Shown here: positions 20,681-29,932 of the stretch, piece by piece | Numbering within the stretch: the first letter of the stretch is position 1 | How the letters are laid out: every line of letters starts with the position of its first letter | Source of the DNA: a virus | Direction: 5' to 3' (one strand) | Virus record (IMG/VR): IMGVR_UViG_3300044826_000112 | DNA length: 64,000 nucleotides | The notes under the pieces: generated by a model | What the model saw: the letters and a program-made list of their open reading frames with translations, nothing else | Told to the model about the DNA's origin: nothing | Databases searched by the model: none | Program-made: the position numbers and the translations under genes

Positions 20681-22243
20681 GTGAGAAAACATAAAGGGTT
20701 CACGTATGAGTGGTACGACTACGACGCTCTGATGACGTATGCGGCTATCGATAACTACGTGACAAGTGCCATTCTGGCGGCCATGTGGCCAACGCTCAAT
20801 GAGCGACGAGACTACACTTTCTTTAAGCGTGGTCAGGCTCAAGTCGTGAAGACTCCGTCTATTCGTAATGAACAGTTGGAGGTCAAAAAGCTGGCGTTAG
20901 ACTTCGTGTGCGATATGGAAGTGGCAGGTATGGCTTACGACATCCCTGCTAACCGACGTATGCATCAAGCCATGTTGGAAGACTTGGCGATTACTGAGGA
21001 TCAGATCTTCACCGCCATCGGTAAGCGGATTGATCTGAACTCCGGTGCTGCTCTGGGTGATTTTCTTTACCGTGAACGCGGTTTTGACGTCCCTCTGCAG
21101 ACGAAGAGTGGTGGCGATTCAACATCTGGTGATGCTCTGAAGGCTCTGCACAAGATCCACGAGCATGACTGGCTGAAGGACATCATCAAGCGTAACGACG
21201 TGCACGCTATGCATGGCAACTTCATCAAGACCTATGTAGAGGACTGGGTGAAGAGCGACGGTCGGATCCATCCTCAGTACAACCTGTTCGGCACCAGTTC
21301 GCACCGTATCAGCTCCAGTGAGCCGAACCTGCTGAACCTGCCGCGTGGCTATTACGGCTACAACATCCGGGAACTCTACATCACTGTCCCGCCGATGGCC
21401 TTCCTGACCTTCGACTTCTCCTCGTGTGAAGTGAAGATCTTGGCGGCCCTCTGTAAGGATGAGGCAATGATGGATGCCTGTGCGAAGGGTTGGGACTTCC
21501 ACTCCTTCACCGCATCGATGATTGCAGGCGTACCGTACGAGGACTTCGTTAAGATTGCTAAGGATGAAGACCATCCGGAGCACAAGAAGTACAAGGGAAT
21601 CCGTCAGGATGCCAAGGCGACCACCTTCGGTCTGCTGTATGGCTCCACTGTAAACGGTATCGCCATGAACCTTGGCAAGTCCCTGGAAGAGACCCAGAAG
21701 ATCGTGGATACCTACTTCCGCTTGTTCCCGAAGGTAAAAGACTTCATCGAAGACTGCCACAAGATGGCTCTGGCCAACCAGTTCGTCTTCTCGCCATTCG
21801 GTCAGAGAAAGATGGAGTACGGTGCTCAGGACGTCTTCCGTGGCACTGCCGTGTACAACGCTGCTCTGCGGAACAGCCAGAACGTATCCATCCAAGGTCC
21901 GGCTTCTACTTTAGGTCTGATTGTGTTCGCCAAGCTGAACGAAGAGCTCAAGAAGATTGGTGGCCGGGCAATCTGTACGGTATACGACTCGGTGGAAATC
22001 GAAGTCCCGATGAATCGCATGGCAGAAGCCATCGAGCTCGGCTTCTACATGATGGATGACTGGCCTGTCGAGAACTTCGACTGGTTGGACTTCAAGATCG
22101 GTGCGGATGCTGAAATCGGTTGGGATTGGGGTAATGTACACGGCGTCAAACGTGGCATCACCCAAGAGAAGTGTGAAGAAATCCTCTCTGCAGCCAATGA
22201 AGAGAAGTATGTGACCTCCCGTCTGGTACTGGCGGCGGCGTAA
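20681..22243 (+). CDS. polA: DNA polymerase A, C-terminal part: ExoIII + polymerase domain
   Basis: YAAID (ExoIII); DGRIHP, RISSSEPNL.NLPR; motif A DFSSCEVKILA; motif B R..AKATTFGLLYG; motif C VYDS; own AGGAGG RBS with GTG start. Confidence 0.92.
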   Translation: MRKHKGFTYEWYDYDALMTYAAIDNYVTSAILAAMWPTLNERRDYTFFKRGQAQVVKTPSIRNEQLEVKKLALDFVCDMEVAGMAYDIPANRRMHQAMLEDLAITEDQIFTAIGKRIDLNSGAALGDFLYRERGFDVPLQTKSGGDSTSGDALKALHKIHEHDWLKDIIKRNDVHAMHGNFIKTYVEDWVKSDGRIHPQYNLFGTSSHRISSSEPNLLNLPRGYYGYNIRELYITVPPMAFLTFDFSSCEVKILAALCKDEAMMDACAKGWDFHSFTASMIAGVPYEDFVKIAKDEDHPEHKKYKGIRQDAKATTFGLLYGSTVNGIAMNLGKSLEETQKIVDTYFRLFPKVKDFIEDCHKMALANQFVFSPFGQRKMEYGAQDVFRGTAVYNAALRNSQNVSIQGPASTLGLIVFAKLNEELKKIGGRAICTVYDSVEIEVPMNRMAEAIELGFYMMDDWPVENFDWLDFKIGADAEIGWDWGNVHGVKRGITQEKCEEILSAANEEKYVTSRLVLAAA

Positions 22244-22373
22244 AATATAGATGTAAGTCTCCGCACCTGTTGTCCCGACAGGTCACTTCTCTTCACGTAA
22301 GATCCACAAGGCCCCGCAAGGGGCCTTTTACTTTGGCCTAAAATATAAGCGATGACTTATTCGGAGGATAACT

Positions 22374-22544
22374 ATGAAGAAGATGATCATCGCTATGATG
22401 CTGTCTGCATCCGTGGTCCTGATGGGCTGTGGTGCTTCCGAGCCGACTGTTCTTGACCAGAAATGCGTCGAGATCCAGAAGGCCCGTGGTACTGCTGAAT
22501 CCCAGATCAAGTCCATGTGCACCCGTCCTGCTTCCGCACAGTAA
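22374..22544 (+). CDS. Small lipoprotein (56 aa, not in track)
   Basis: GGAGG RBS; MKKMIIAMMLSASVVLMG-C lipobox. Confidence 0.65.
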   Translation: MKKMIIAMMLSASVVLMGCGASEPTVLDQKCVEIQKARGTAESQIKSMCTRPASAQ

Positions 22545-22597
22545 GCAGGTCTACCCTCAAGGGCTCCTTCGGGAGCCCTTTTCTTTTGGAGAAACAA

Positions 22598-24049
22598 ATG
22601 GAAATTGTACAAGTCCGTGCAGGTCATGCTACTAACAGCTCTTCCTGTCACTCAATCATCTATCTTCCTGGTGGCGCTAGCGATGATGAAGCGGGGTGCG
22701 ATCAGGATTTCGGATGGGAATGGTTCACTCTCGGCAGTCGTGAAGCCAAAGCCCGCTATGCAGCCCAGTCCTTTAGGAACTTGCTGAGCGATGAGATCTT
22801 GGAGAAGCACCTCGGTGTAGCTCCTGATCCTGAAGGTTACATCGATCATGAATCTGCAGGCCTGCTCGGCTGGGTTCGTGATGAAGAGGATCTGATCAAG
22901 TTCGTCCGTCTGTACCTGGATAATGAGAGCATTGTGATCACCGGCGGTAACGATAACGATGATAGTGGTCCGGTGCCTGTTGGTCAGAGCGTTCCGAGCT
23001 ACAGTTCTCTTAACAAGTGGCGGGATGGTGATAATTACTTGATTATCTACGATCCGGTGACTGGCAACAAAACCCACTTCGCCAAGGGTGACTATCAGAT
23101 CGGGGATGTGCCGGCAGATTTCCCCGAACTTGTTGACCTTAAGATCTCCGACTACTGCGATCTCGGTTGCTCGTTCTGCTATCAGAACAGTACCCGCCGC
23201 GGCAAGCATGGTGATCTACAGGTGATCAAAGATGTCATCTCCAAGCTGGGTCATCTCGGTACCTTTGAGATTGCCATTGGCGGCGGAGAGCCTCTGCAGT
23301 ATCCGCATCTGGAAGAAGTTATCCACCATGCCAATGCATGTGGGATAACCGCCAACTTCACCACCAAAGACTACAAAGCTCTGGCCAAACGTAGCGATCT
23401 GATCCACTACATAGGCGGCGTAGCTGTATCGGTCGCTACCCCAGAGGAAGCCAGAGAAGCTATTAAGTGGTTGGCCGATCTGACCACGGAAGAACGGTCA
23501 CGAGTCAGCTTCCAAGTACCGGTAGGGGCACAGACTTACGAGCAATTCGTTGAACTCATGGCTACCATCGCCTGCTACTCTGTCAACCGGGTGACTCTGC
23601 TGGGTTACAAGCAAGTGGGTCGTGGCACTGCCAGCAAGTACCACAGCTTTGAGGATAAGCTTGGGGATATCTTCTTCAAGCAAGAACCTTATAGCTGGGA
23701 TGAGACTCGCTTCTACACCGCGGCCGTGTACCCAAGGCTGAGCGTTGGGATTGATACTCAGTTGGCCGTGAAGGCTCCTGGGTTCATCGCCAAGCTGCCC
23801 AGCCAGGTAGTAAACAAGGTCGTCATGTACAAGGAAGGCCTGCACAGCTGCTACATCGATGCCGTTCGCCAAGAGATTGCACCGAGCAGCTACTGTGACA
23901 AAGAACTCTATCAAACCCTCGTAATCGATCAAATCGGAGATATTTTCAATGAAATCTCTTCTGCAGCTTGTGAAGACGCCCTTCGTAACAACGCTAGCGG
24001 TAGCACTGTCGTACCCAGTAGTGATTCAGATAGCGGCGAAGCTGTGTAA
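22598..24049 (+). CDS. Radical SAM protein
   Basis: CDLGCSFC (CxxxCxxC), GGGEPL; N-terminal RAGHATNSSSCHS domain. Confidence 0.85.
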   Translation: MEIVQVRAGHATNSSSCHSIIYLPGGASDDEAGCDQDFGWEWFTLGSREAKARYAAQSFRNLLSDEILEKHLGVAPDPEGYIDHESAGLLGWVRDEEDLIKFVRLYLDNESIVITGGNDNDDSGPVPVGQSVPSYSSLNKWRDGDNYLIIYDPVTGNKTHFAKGDYQIGDVPADFPELVDLKISDYCDLGCSFCYQNSTRRGKHGDLQVIKDVISKLGHLGTFEIAIGGGEPLQYPHLEEVIHHANACGITANFTTKDYKALAKRSDLIHYIGGVAVSVATPEEAREAIKWLADLTTEERSRVSFQVPVGAQTYEQFVELMATIACYSVNRVTLLGYKQVGRGTASKYHSFEDKLGDIFFKQEPYSWDETRFYTAAVYPRLSVGIDTQLAVKAPGFIAKLPSQVVNKVVMYKEGLHSCYIDAVRQEIAPSSYCDKELYQTLVIDQIGDIFNEISSAACEDALRNNASGSTVVPSSDSDSGEAV

Positions 24050-24572
24050 CCATAGCATCAACGCCTTCATGGCCTTCTGGTTATCCGTCAGTGTGGTCGC
24101 ATTCTTCATGATAGATTGCCGTAAGTCCCTGAAGGAAACCCGGTTCTATCGAGATCACTGCAATCGCAGCCTCCTTAAGTCTTACATTCCGCCAGAGGAT
24201 TACAGCCGCGGCTTGGTGATGACTGCCATACAGTCCTTCATCTATAGCATGCCTATGTTGGCTCTGGGATTCATCACACCATTTGACGACAACGGATTGA
24301 GAGTCTTCTGGGGTTTGATGGTCATCCTGGCAGTCATCTACGGCAACATAGGTGCCTGGTACAGCTCCAAGCGCTGGGAGATAGCTACTTGGAAGCAGTT
24401 CGGGCTGACCTGCTGGGTACCTCTGCCGATGCTGCTTGTAGTTATCATGTGGCTGATGATCTTCAACGTTAACGTTAACAATGAGATCACCATCATCTTT
24501 GCGAACATGATATCTAGCGGGCTGTCGGTCCTGGCAATCCTTTACTTCCGCAGTGGCATGAGGAAAAGCTGA
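23949..24572 (+). CDS. Multi-pass membrane protein
   Basis: Several hydrophobic helices. Confidence 0.6.
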   Translation: MKSLLQLVKTPFVTTLAVALSYPVVIQIAAKLCNHSINAFMAFWLSVSVVAFFMIDCRKSLKETRFYRDHCNRSLLKSYIPPEDYSRGLVMTAIQSFIYSMPMLALGFITPFDDNGLRVFWGLMVILAVIYGNIGAWYSSKRWEIATWKQFGLTCWVPLPMLLVVIMWLMIFNVNVNNEITIIFANMISSGLSVLAILYFRSGMRKS

Positions 24573-25153
24573 TGGATAAGTTCTTTATGATCAAGAGGTC
24601 CTGGTGGACCCCTTTCATTGTAATGATTAACGTTACCCTCACCAGGATGGGTTTTCATACTCATATTGCTGGCCCGGAATTCGTAGTGATTCCAGCATTG
24701 GCCCTTATCCTAGTATTCCTCCCGGGCATAATTCAGTATGCATTCGTGGGGGCATACGCGGTGGGAGGCTTTGCTTCGGCGTCTGGATGGGCTCCGGAGG
24801 GGTATTTGATAGCCATCATCTTGGGTAGCGGAATCTTGTGCTTGGCCGGCTGGTTTAAGTGCAAGGAGATCTTGTTCAACCCGGAAGGTCTCAATGCTAA
24901 GTCCATCAAGCATGTGCAGGATACCTCCGATACGCTACGCCTAGCTCTTCTAGTGTTTCCCCTCGCCGGATGGGCTGCCCTAGGAGGCTGGTATCTGGAC
25001 TTCGAGTTCACATACCGCATGGCCATAAGCATAGCCGCGGTGTATCTGTTCGTAATCATGGTGCTCGGGCTGAGTCTCCTGTCCGACGTATACACTTTCT
25101 CAACTGGTAAAACAAAGGAGTACGTAGAAAATGTCGATAGCTGTTGTTACTAA
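24572..25153 (+). CDS. Multi-pass membrane protein
   Basis: Several hydrophobic helices; coupled to upstream gene. Confidence 0.6.
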   Translation: MDKFFMIKRSWWTPFIVMINVTLTRMGFHTHIAGPEFVVIPALALILVFLPGIIQYAFVGAYAVGGFASASGWAPEGYLIAIILGSGILCLAGWFKCKEILFNPEGLNAKSIKHVQDTSDTLRLALLVFPLAGWAALGGWYLDFEFTYRMAISIAAVYLFVIMVLGLSLLSDVYTFSTGKTKEYVENVDSCCY

Positions 25154-25805
25154 CCTCAAAGCAATGCCCTACAAGGCCGAGCGTATCGCTGCAGCATCTC
25201 TTATGCTGACGGTACTGATCCTCCCTCAGTACTTCCTCCATGGGTTCGACTACATGGGCTGGTTCCTGAAGGTCGGTATGGTCCTCTGGTACATCTACCT
25301 CCCGCTGGCTATCGATCACGATATGATTGATAACGACGGAATGAAGAACATCTGGGTGGCCCCTCTGATCACCGGTCTGTTCATGCTGCCGATATCCTTC
25401 GCCCAGCAGTACACAGTCGGGTTCCACGTCGTAGCCTCATTGGCATTCGTGGTGTCTACCATTCTGATCGAAGGCTGGTGCAACATCCAGGTTAACCGCA
25501 AGGTTCTCTTCGAGCTGAACCCGAAGGTTAGTCTGTATGAGTACGAAGATACCAAGTACGGAGTCCTCGGGTTGGTTGTAATAGGAGGGGTTCTCAGCTT
25601 CGTATCCGGTATGGAACCTATGATCGTAGCGTCATTCTCTCTGGGCACCTTGATCTTCATCGCGGTAGAGACCGTCAAGATCAACGACACTTTCAAATCC
25701 TACATCAACTCCGAACGCAACCGCATCGAGCGAGAAGAGCGAGAAGCTCAGGCGAAGGAGTTGGAAAAATTCATGAACATAGATGACGAGGAATACTATG
25801 ACTGA
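25131..25805 (+). CDS. Multi-pass membrane protein
   Basis: About 6 hydrophobic helices; AAGGAG RBS. Confidence 0.65.
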   Translation: MSIAVVTNLKAMPYKAERIAAASLMLTVLILPQYFLHGFDYMGWFLKVGMVLWYIYLPLAIDHDMIDNDGMKNIWVAPLITGLFMLPISFAQQYTVGFHVVASLAFVVSTILIEGWCNIQVNRKVLFELNPKVSLYEYEDTKYGVLGLVVIGGVLSFVSGMEPMIVASFSLGTLIFIAVETVKINDTFKSYINSERNRIEREEREAQAKELEKFMNIDDEEYYD

Positions 25806-26094
25806 TACCGTATTGGCCGTATGCGAAGTGTACGACCGTGAGAATGAGCCGGATTGGGGTGTGCGGCACGACCCTTGTGGCATTCTGATCGGCGTCTCTA
25901 GTGAGGCTTTGGAAGCTCAGAAGAGGGAGATGGCTAAGCGTGATACTGCTAACTTCTCCTACGAGTACAATCCGATCAAAGTGTTCCGCACTTCGAACAT
26001 GGAGATTGCCCGAGAGGTAATCGAGAACCAGGTGCTGCACGTGGTCAACAACGATCGCGTGAAGTGGATCATGTCCGAGCTCAAACCGTTCTGA
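25798..26094 (+). CDS. Hypothetical protein
   Basis: GAGGA RBS before MTDTVL. Confidence 0.6.
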   Translation: MTDTVLAVCEVYDRENEPDWGVRHDPCGILIGVSSEALEAQKREMAKRDTANFSYEYNPIKVFRTSNMEIAREVIENQVLHVVNNDRVKWIMSELKPF

Positions 26095-26226
26095 CCATGA
26101 TCTTTATCATCCAGTCCTTACTCAAGAGCATCCTAGTGATGCTCTTTTCACTTCTACTCGCGACCTACGGCATGGTCTACGCGATCGTAGAGGATGATCC
26201 AATCACTCAAATCAAGGAGGTCATTC

Positions 26227-27183
26227 ATGTGGAATGACGTAGAAGTACTCACCTCTTCCAATGAGAGCGTCAAGAAGTTCATCTTCAAGAAGCCCAACGC
26301 TATCGCCGAATCGGTACTGTACAAGTACCCAACCTACGGTGAGCGTACCGTCATGTGCATCTCTGTGATGTCCGGATGCCCGGTAGGCTGCACCTTCTGC
26401 GGTACTGGCAAGTTCTATGGTCGCAACCTGACTGACCTGGAGATCGTCTCCCAGGTTCGTGAGATGCTGTCCGTGATCGAGCAGGAAGAGCCGGATCTCG
26501 ACATCACCGATATCAAGCGCTTCCAGATCATGTTCATGTCTATGGGCGAGCCGCTGCTGAACATGCATAACCTCGAGCGTGCGATCAATGTGCTGAACGA
26601 CATGACTGAAGGTAAGGCCGCACTGCTGGTCTCCACCATCGGCCCGTCTGCCGGCGACTGGTTCGTCTTCAACGGTCTTTCCAAGAAGTTCCCGCAGATC
26701 GGCCTGCAGTTCTCTATCCACGAGAGCACCGACGAGGCCCGTAACAAGCTCATTCCGTTCCGCCACAAGTTCACCTTGGAGCAAATCGCTAACCACGGTG
26801 AGGCCTGGCACAACCTTACTGGCCGCAAGCCGTTCTTTAACTACTGCGTCCATGAAGGTAACTGCTCGGATGCCGATGTCACCCGTCTGACCTTGTTGTT
26901 TGATCCGAAGGTCTGGGAGTGCACCTTGTCGGTTGTGTGTGAGGCTGATTCCAATATGGCCGATGCTGTGAACCATAACCTCGACATGATCAATGAGTTC
27001 TCCGGTAAGTTGGTTGCACGGGGCTTCAATACCCGAGTCTTCAACCCTGCCGGCCAGGACGACATTGGTGGTGGCTGCGGTCAGCTGTGGCAAGTCCAGA
27101 AGTTTGCTGAAGAAAACCCTAAGGCCATGCGTCGGTCTGCAGGTTGCCTCCACGCTGAACGCGATGGAAATTCAGTATCCTGA
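26227..27183 (+). CDS. RlmN/Cfr-like radical SAM RNA methyltransferase
   Basis: CISVMSGCPVGCTFCGTG, MSMGEPLLN, GQDDIGGGCGQL. Confidence 0.8.
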   Translation: MWNDVEVLTSSNESVKKFIFKKPNAIAESVLYKYPTYGERTVMCISVMSGCPVGCTFCGTGKFYGRNLTDLEIVSQVREMLSVIEQEEPDLDITDIKRFQIMFMSMGEPLLNMHNLERAINVLNDMTEGKAALLVSTIGPSAGDWFVFNGLSKKFPQIGLQFSIHESTDEARNKLIPFRHKFTLEQIANHGEAWHNLTGRKPFFNYCVHEGNCSDADVTRLTLLFDPKVWECTLSVVCEADSNMADAVNHNLDMINEFSGKLVARGFNTRVFNPAGQDDIGGGCGQLWQVQKFAEENPKAMRRSAGCLHAERDGNSVS

Positions 27184-27547
27184 GGAGTTTGGGATTGATC
27201 GAGATGGTGAGCCGAAGTTACGCATCAAGTGTAAATGTGGTGAGTATGCTTACCAACGCAACCGATGGCGCAAGACAGGACATCTTTACTACTACTCCTG
27301 TACTGGTTGTGCTGCACGTGTGTCCTTCGACCCATTAGATGGAATCCCAAGAGGTACGCTGGCCGATACGGAGACGAGGAACCTGAGACGAAAGCTGTCG
27401 ATGGGGATCTCTAAGCTCAAGCGTTTCGGCCTGTATGAGCAGTTCCGCGAGAAGACCAAAAAGCGTTTCATCATGATCGGCTACCTAGGTAAAAAGGAGC
27501 TGACCAAGCTGAATGCTTTGGTTGAAGGGTTAATCGAGGGGTCATAA
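27164..27547 (+). CDS. Zn-finger protein (DUF3268-like)
   Basis: CKC...YSCTGC...PRGTLAD..TR.LR. Confidence 0.5.
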   Translation: MEIQYPEEFGIDRDGEPKLRIKCKCGEYAYQRNRWRKTGHLYYYSCTGCAARVSFDPLDGIPRGTLADTETRNLRRKLSMGISKLKRFGLYEQFREKTKKRFIMIGYLGKKELTKLNALVEGLIEGS

Positions 27548-27599
27548 TGACCCCTTTTTTAGGTATAAGTAGTGTGAGGATGATTAACTAGAGGAAGTG

Positions 27600-28205
27600 A
27601 TCATGGACCAGTATGTACCTGTACCTGAAGGCTGGGCCTTCAAGATTTTCAAGTGGGTTTGCATCTTGCTGACATTGGCATGGTGTGGCTTTATGCTTAC
27701 CGGCTGCTCCAGTAAACCGGTTATCCCGCAGACGCAGGAGGAGAAGTATGCGTACACTGTTGAGAAGAGCGAGGAGGCTCTGGACGATGAAAGATGTCGA
27801 TATCCAGATGGAAGCTACAATCTCGCACCAGATTGGGTTTGTGAGGATAAGGGCGGCCTGGAATCGGTCAGCAGCTTCCCTAAAGGTGTCGCCGGTGTTC
27901 AACACGCCAAGAACCTTGCGATCGCCCATGGGCTTCGGGAGATTGCCCTTCGCACGCAAGCGAAGATCCAGTCATCTCTTAAAGCGTATACGTCTGGCGG
28001 TAACCACCTGGATGAAGACGTTATCAAGATGACTGTGAACAAGACTATCCAAGGTGCCAGGGTGACCAACATGATCACCAGCCCTGACGGAGATGTTTAT
28101 GTTCGTATCGTGGCCAAAGGGGTTTCCGACTACATCTCTGACAAGGGACAGCGGGAAGCCATTGAGAAAGCATTCGAAGAACTGAAGGAGGAGAGTGGTG
28201 GTTGA
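27600..28205 (+). CDS. Putative lipoprotein (LPP20-like)
   Basis: LTGC lipobox, APDWV, AKNLA...A. Confidence 0.55.
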   Translation: MMDQYVPVPEGWAFKIFKWVCILLTLAWCGFMLTGCSSKPVIPQTQEEKYAYTVEKSEEALDDERCRYPDGSYNLAPDWVCEDKGGLESVSSFPKGVAGVQHAKNLAIAHGLREIALRTQAKIQSSLKAYTSGGNHLDEDVIKMTVNKTIQGARVTNMITSPDGDVYVRIVAKGVSDYISDKGQREAIEKAFEELKEESGG

Positions 28206-28914
28206 TACCATTAAGGAACTGTGCGTGAAGTTCCAGGACTACCACGCTGTAACCCTACTGGACGAGCATGGTGACCGCTGGGTCACCGTGCCATCCATGG
28301 TCATCAGCTTGGGTATGGAGAGCTTTGAGACAGACTTCCCTGTGGAGATGCGTCTCTCGGCAAATGAGGCGGTACCGGTAATTCCAGTATCGATGATCTC
28401 CAAGCTTATCCCTACGAAAAAGGCGGCAGTGCTTCAGGGGAAACTGGAAGCTGAATGGCTGTTCTTCTTCGGCTATGTCAAAGGGCCTAAGGGTGAAGGG
28501 GCTAGCCGTAAGGCTAACCGTGAGAGCCTGCACATGCTCAAGAAGTCTATCCGCCTCGTAAGCCTGCTTCGTGAGAAGCATGGTTTGGACAAGATTGACA
28601 TCGACAAGTACCTGGAGGACTCGCTATACCGAGAGTTGCTTGGTATCATGGGCTATGCTCAGCCTGTGGACTGGGAGGATCTATCTCAATGGGAGTTGCA
28701 GAATCTGACATTCGTTCAGAATGCGTTCTCCTCATCGATCCTTCTCTACTTGAGCCAGGAAGAGATGCACGACCTGATCAAGCCTGAAGAGTGCCTGACG
28801 GTACTACTGCAGCGGCTCAGATGGGATATGAGCAAGACTATGAACAGCATGTTCATGGCGCAAGAACTCTCTGTGAAGCTTGGCGAAGTCGCCGAGTTTC
28901 AAGGGGAATACTGA
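28195..28914 (+). CDS. Hypothetical protein; possible distant paralogue of the 33996-36788 antirepressor-like proteins
   Basis: Shares W..LS..E...Y/T and helical C-terminal pattern with 33996. Confidence 0.5.
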   Translation: MVVDTIKELCVKFQDYHAVTLLDEHGDRWVTVPSMVISLGMESFETDFPVEMRLSANEAVPVIPVSMISKLIPTKKAAVLQGKLEAEWLFFFGYVKGPKGEGASRKANRESLHMLKKSIRLVSLLREKHGLDKIDIDKYLEDSLYRELLGIMGYAQPVDWEDLSQWELQNLTFVQNAFSSSILLYLSQEEMHDLIKPEECLTVLLQRLRWDMSKTMNSMFMAQELSVKLGEVAEFQGEY

Positions 28915-28959
28915 GGCCTTCGGGCCTCACTTTTATGTCCAAAAAGGGGTATAACCAAT

Positions 28960-29172
28960 ATGAAGATCCACAAGATCACGCCTGATCGCATCTATTTTGT
29001 TATGGATTCCGGGGCGTATGGCTCGATCGCCCGCAAGGACCTCGTCAAACTTCGCATTGCGAACATGGCAGTAGAGCCTATGGAGATCGATGGGCGTCGA
29101 GGAGGATGTATTGTAGAGGGCCACATGAAAAACTATATGGAGATGGCAAATGGAAGCAGCAGTCTTGAGTGA
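28960..29172 (+). CDS. Hypothetical protein
   Basis: ORF directly after a GGTATAA motif. Confidence 0.5.
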   Translation: MKIHKITPDRIYFVMDSGAYGSIARKDLVKLRIANMAVEPMEIDGRRGGCIVEGHMKNYMEMANGSSSLE

Positions 29173-29932
29173 TCTTCACTCTGATCATTGGAGAGGTACT
29201 GGTAACATCCTTGATCTTTTACATTTTGATAAGGATAAGGTCGAGGCAGTATTCGTTGCAGGGGATGCTGGGGAGTGGATCGGCGGTATGGGCGAAGACA
29301 ATCCTATGGTTGTCCGTGTGTTCGAACCTTTGAACCGCCTGGGAGTCCCAGTGTTCAGTGTAAGTGGTAACCACGAGTACTACTACACAGATCTCCTCCA
29401 GGTAGACAAAGAGATGGAGGAAGTAAGCCATCTGTTTGAGAACTGGCATCATCTGCAAGGTGGCCAAAGCCGGCTGCTGGGTGATGAATACGCTGTCATC
29501 GGGGCCACTTTGTGGACTCCATTGGCAGGTATGGGCAACCCTATCCGCAGTAAGCGTGGCATGCGGGATATGAATGACCGCAAGTACATCAAGATTGGCG
29601 GGAAGAAGTTCGACTACAAGCAGGTAATTACCCTCCACGAAGCCCATTTGAAGGGCATCCAGGAGGCTTTGGAACGCCACAAGGACCGCAAGTGCATCAT
29701 TATGACGCACCACGCACCGTCCTATAAGCGTATCCCTAAGCGTTACATGTTCGATGCTTGCAACATCGCCTACGCTTCCGAGGTAGCTAACCAGATTCAG
29801 GCCCACGCCTGGATCTCAGGGCATATTCACGAAAGCTTTTACATGGAGATCAACAACACCCTCCATATCTCAAACCCACTTGGCTACCCTGGTGAGGGCC
29901 TGCCGGTATTTGAAGGAACTTACACGTTATGA
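29150..29932 (+). CDS. Metallophosphoesterase
   Basis: SDLH, AGD, GNHEYY, THHAP, GHIH. Confidence 0.9.
   Translation: MEAAVLSDLHSDHWRGTGNILDLLHFDKDKVEAVFVAGDAGEWIGGMGEDNPMVVRVFEPLNRLGVPVFSVSGNHEYYYTDLLQVDKEMEEVSHLFENWHHLQGGQSRLLGDEYAVIGATLWTPLAGMGNPIRSKRGMRDMNDRKYIKIGGKKFDYKQVITLHEAHLKGIQEALERHKDRKCIIMTHHAPSYKRIPKRYMFDACNIAYASEVANQIQAHAWISGHIHESFYMEINNTLHISNPLGYPGEGLPVFEGTYTL

Noticed and set aside
15300-20760. Split intein or trans-splicing intron joining the polymerase halves
   Set aside because: No Cys/Ser-initiated intein N-block, no HN-C/S/T end, no intron core seen; the second gene has its own RBS
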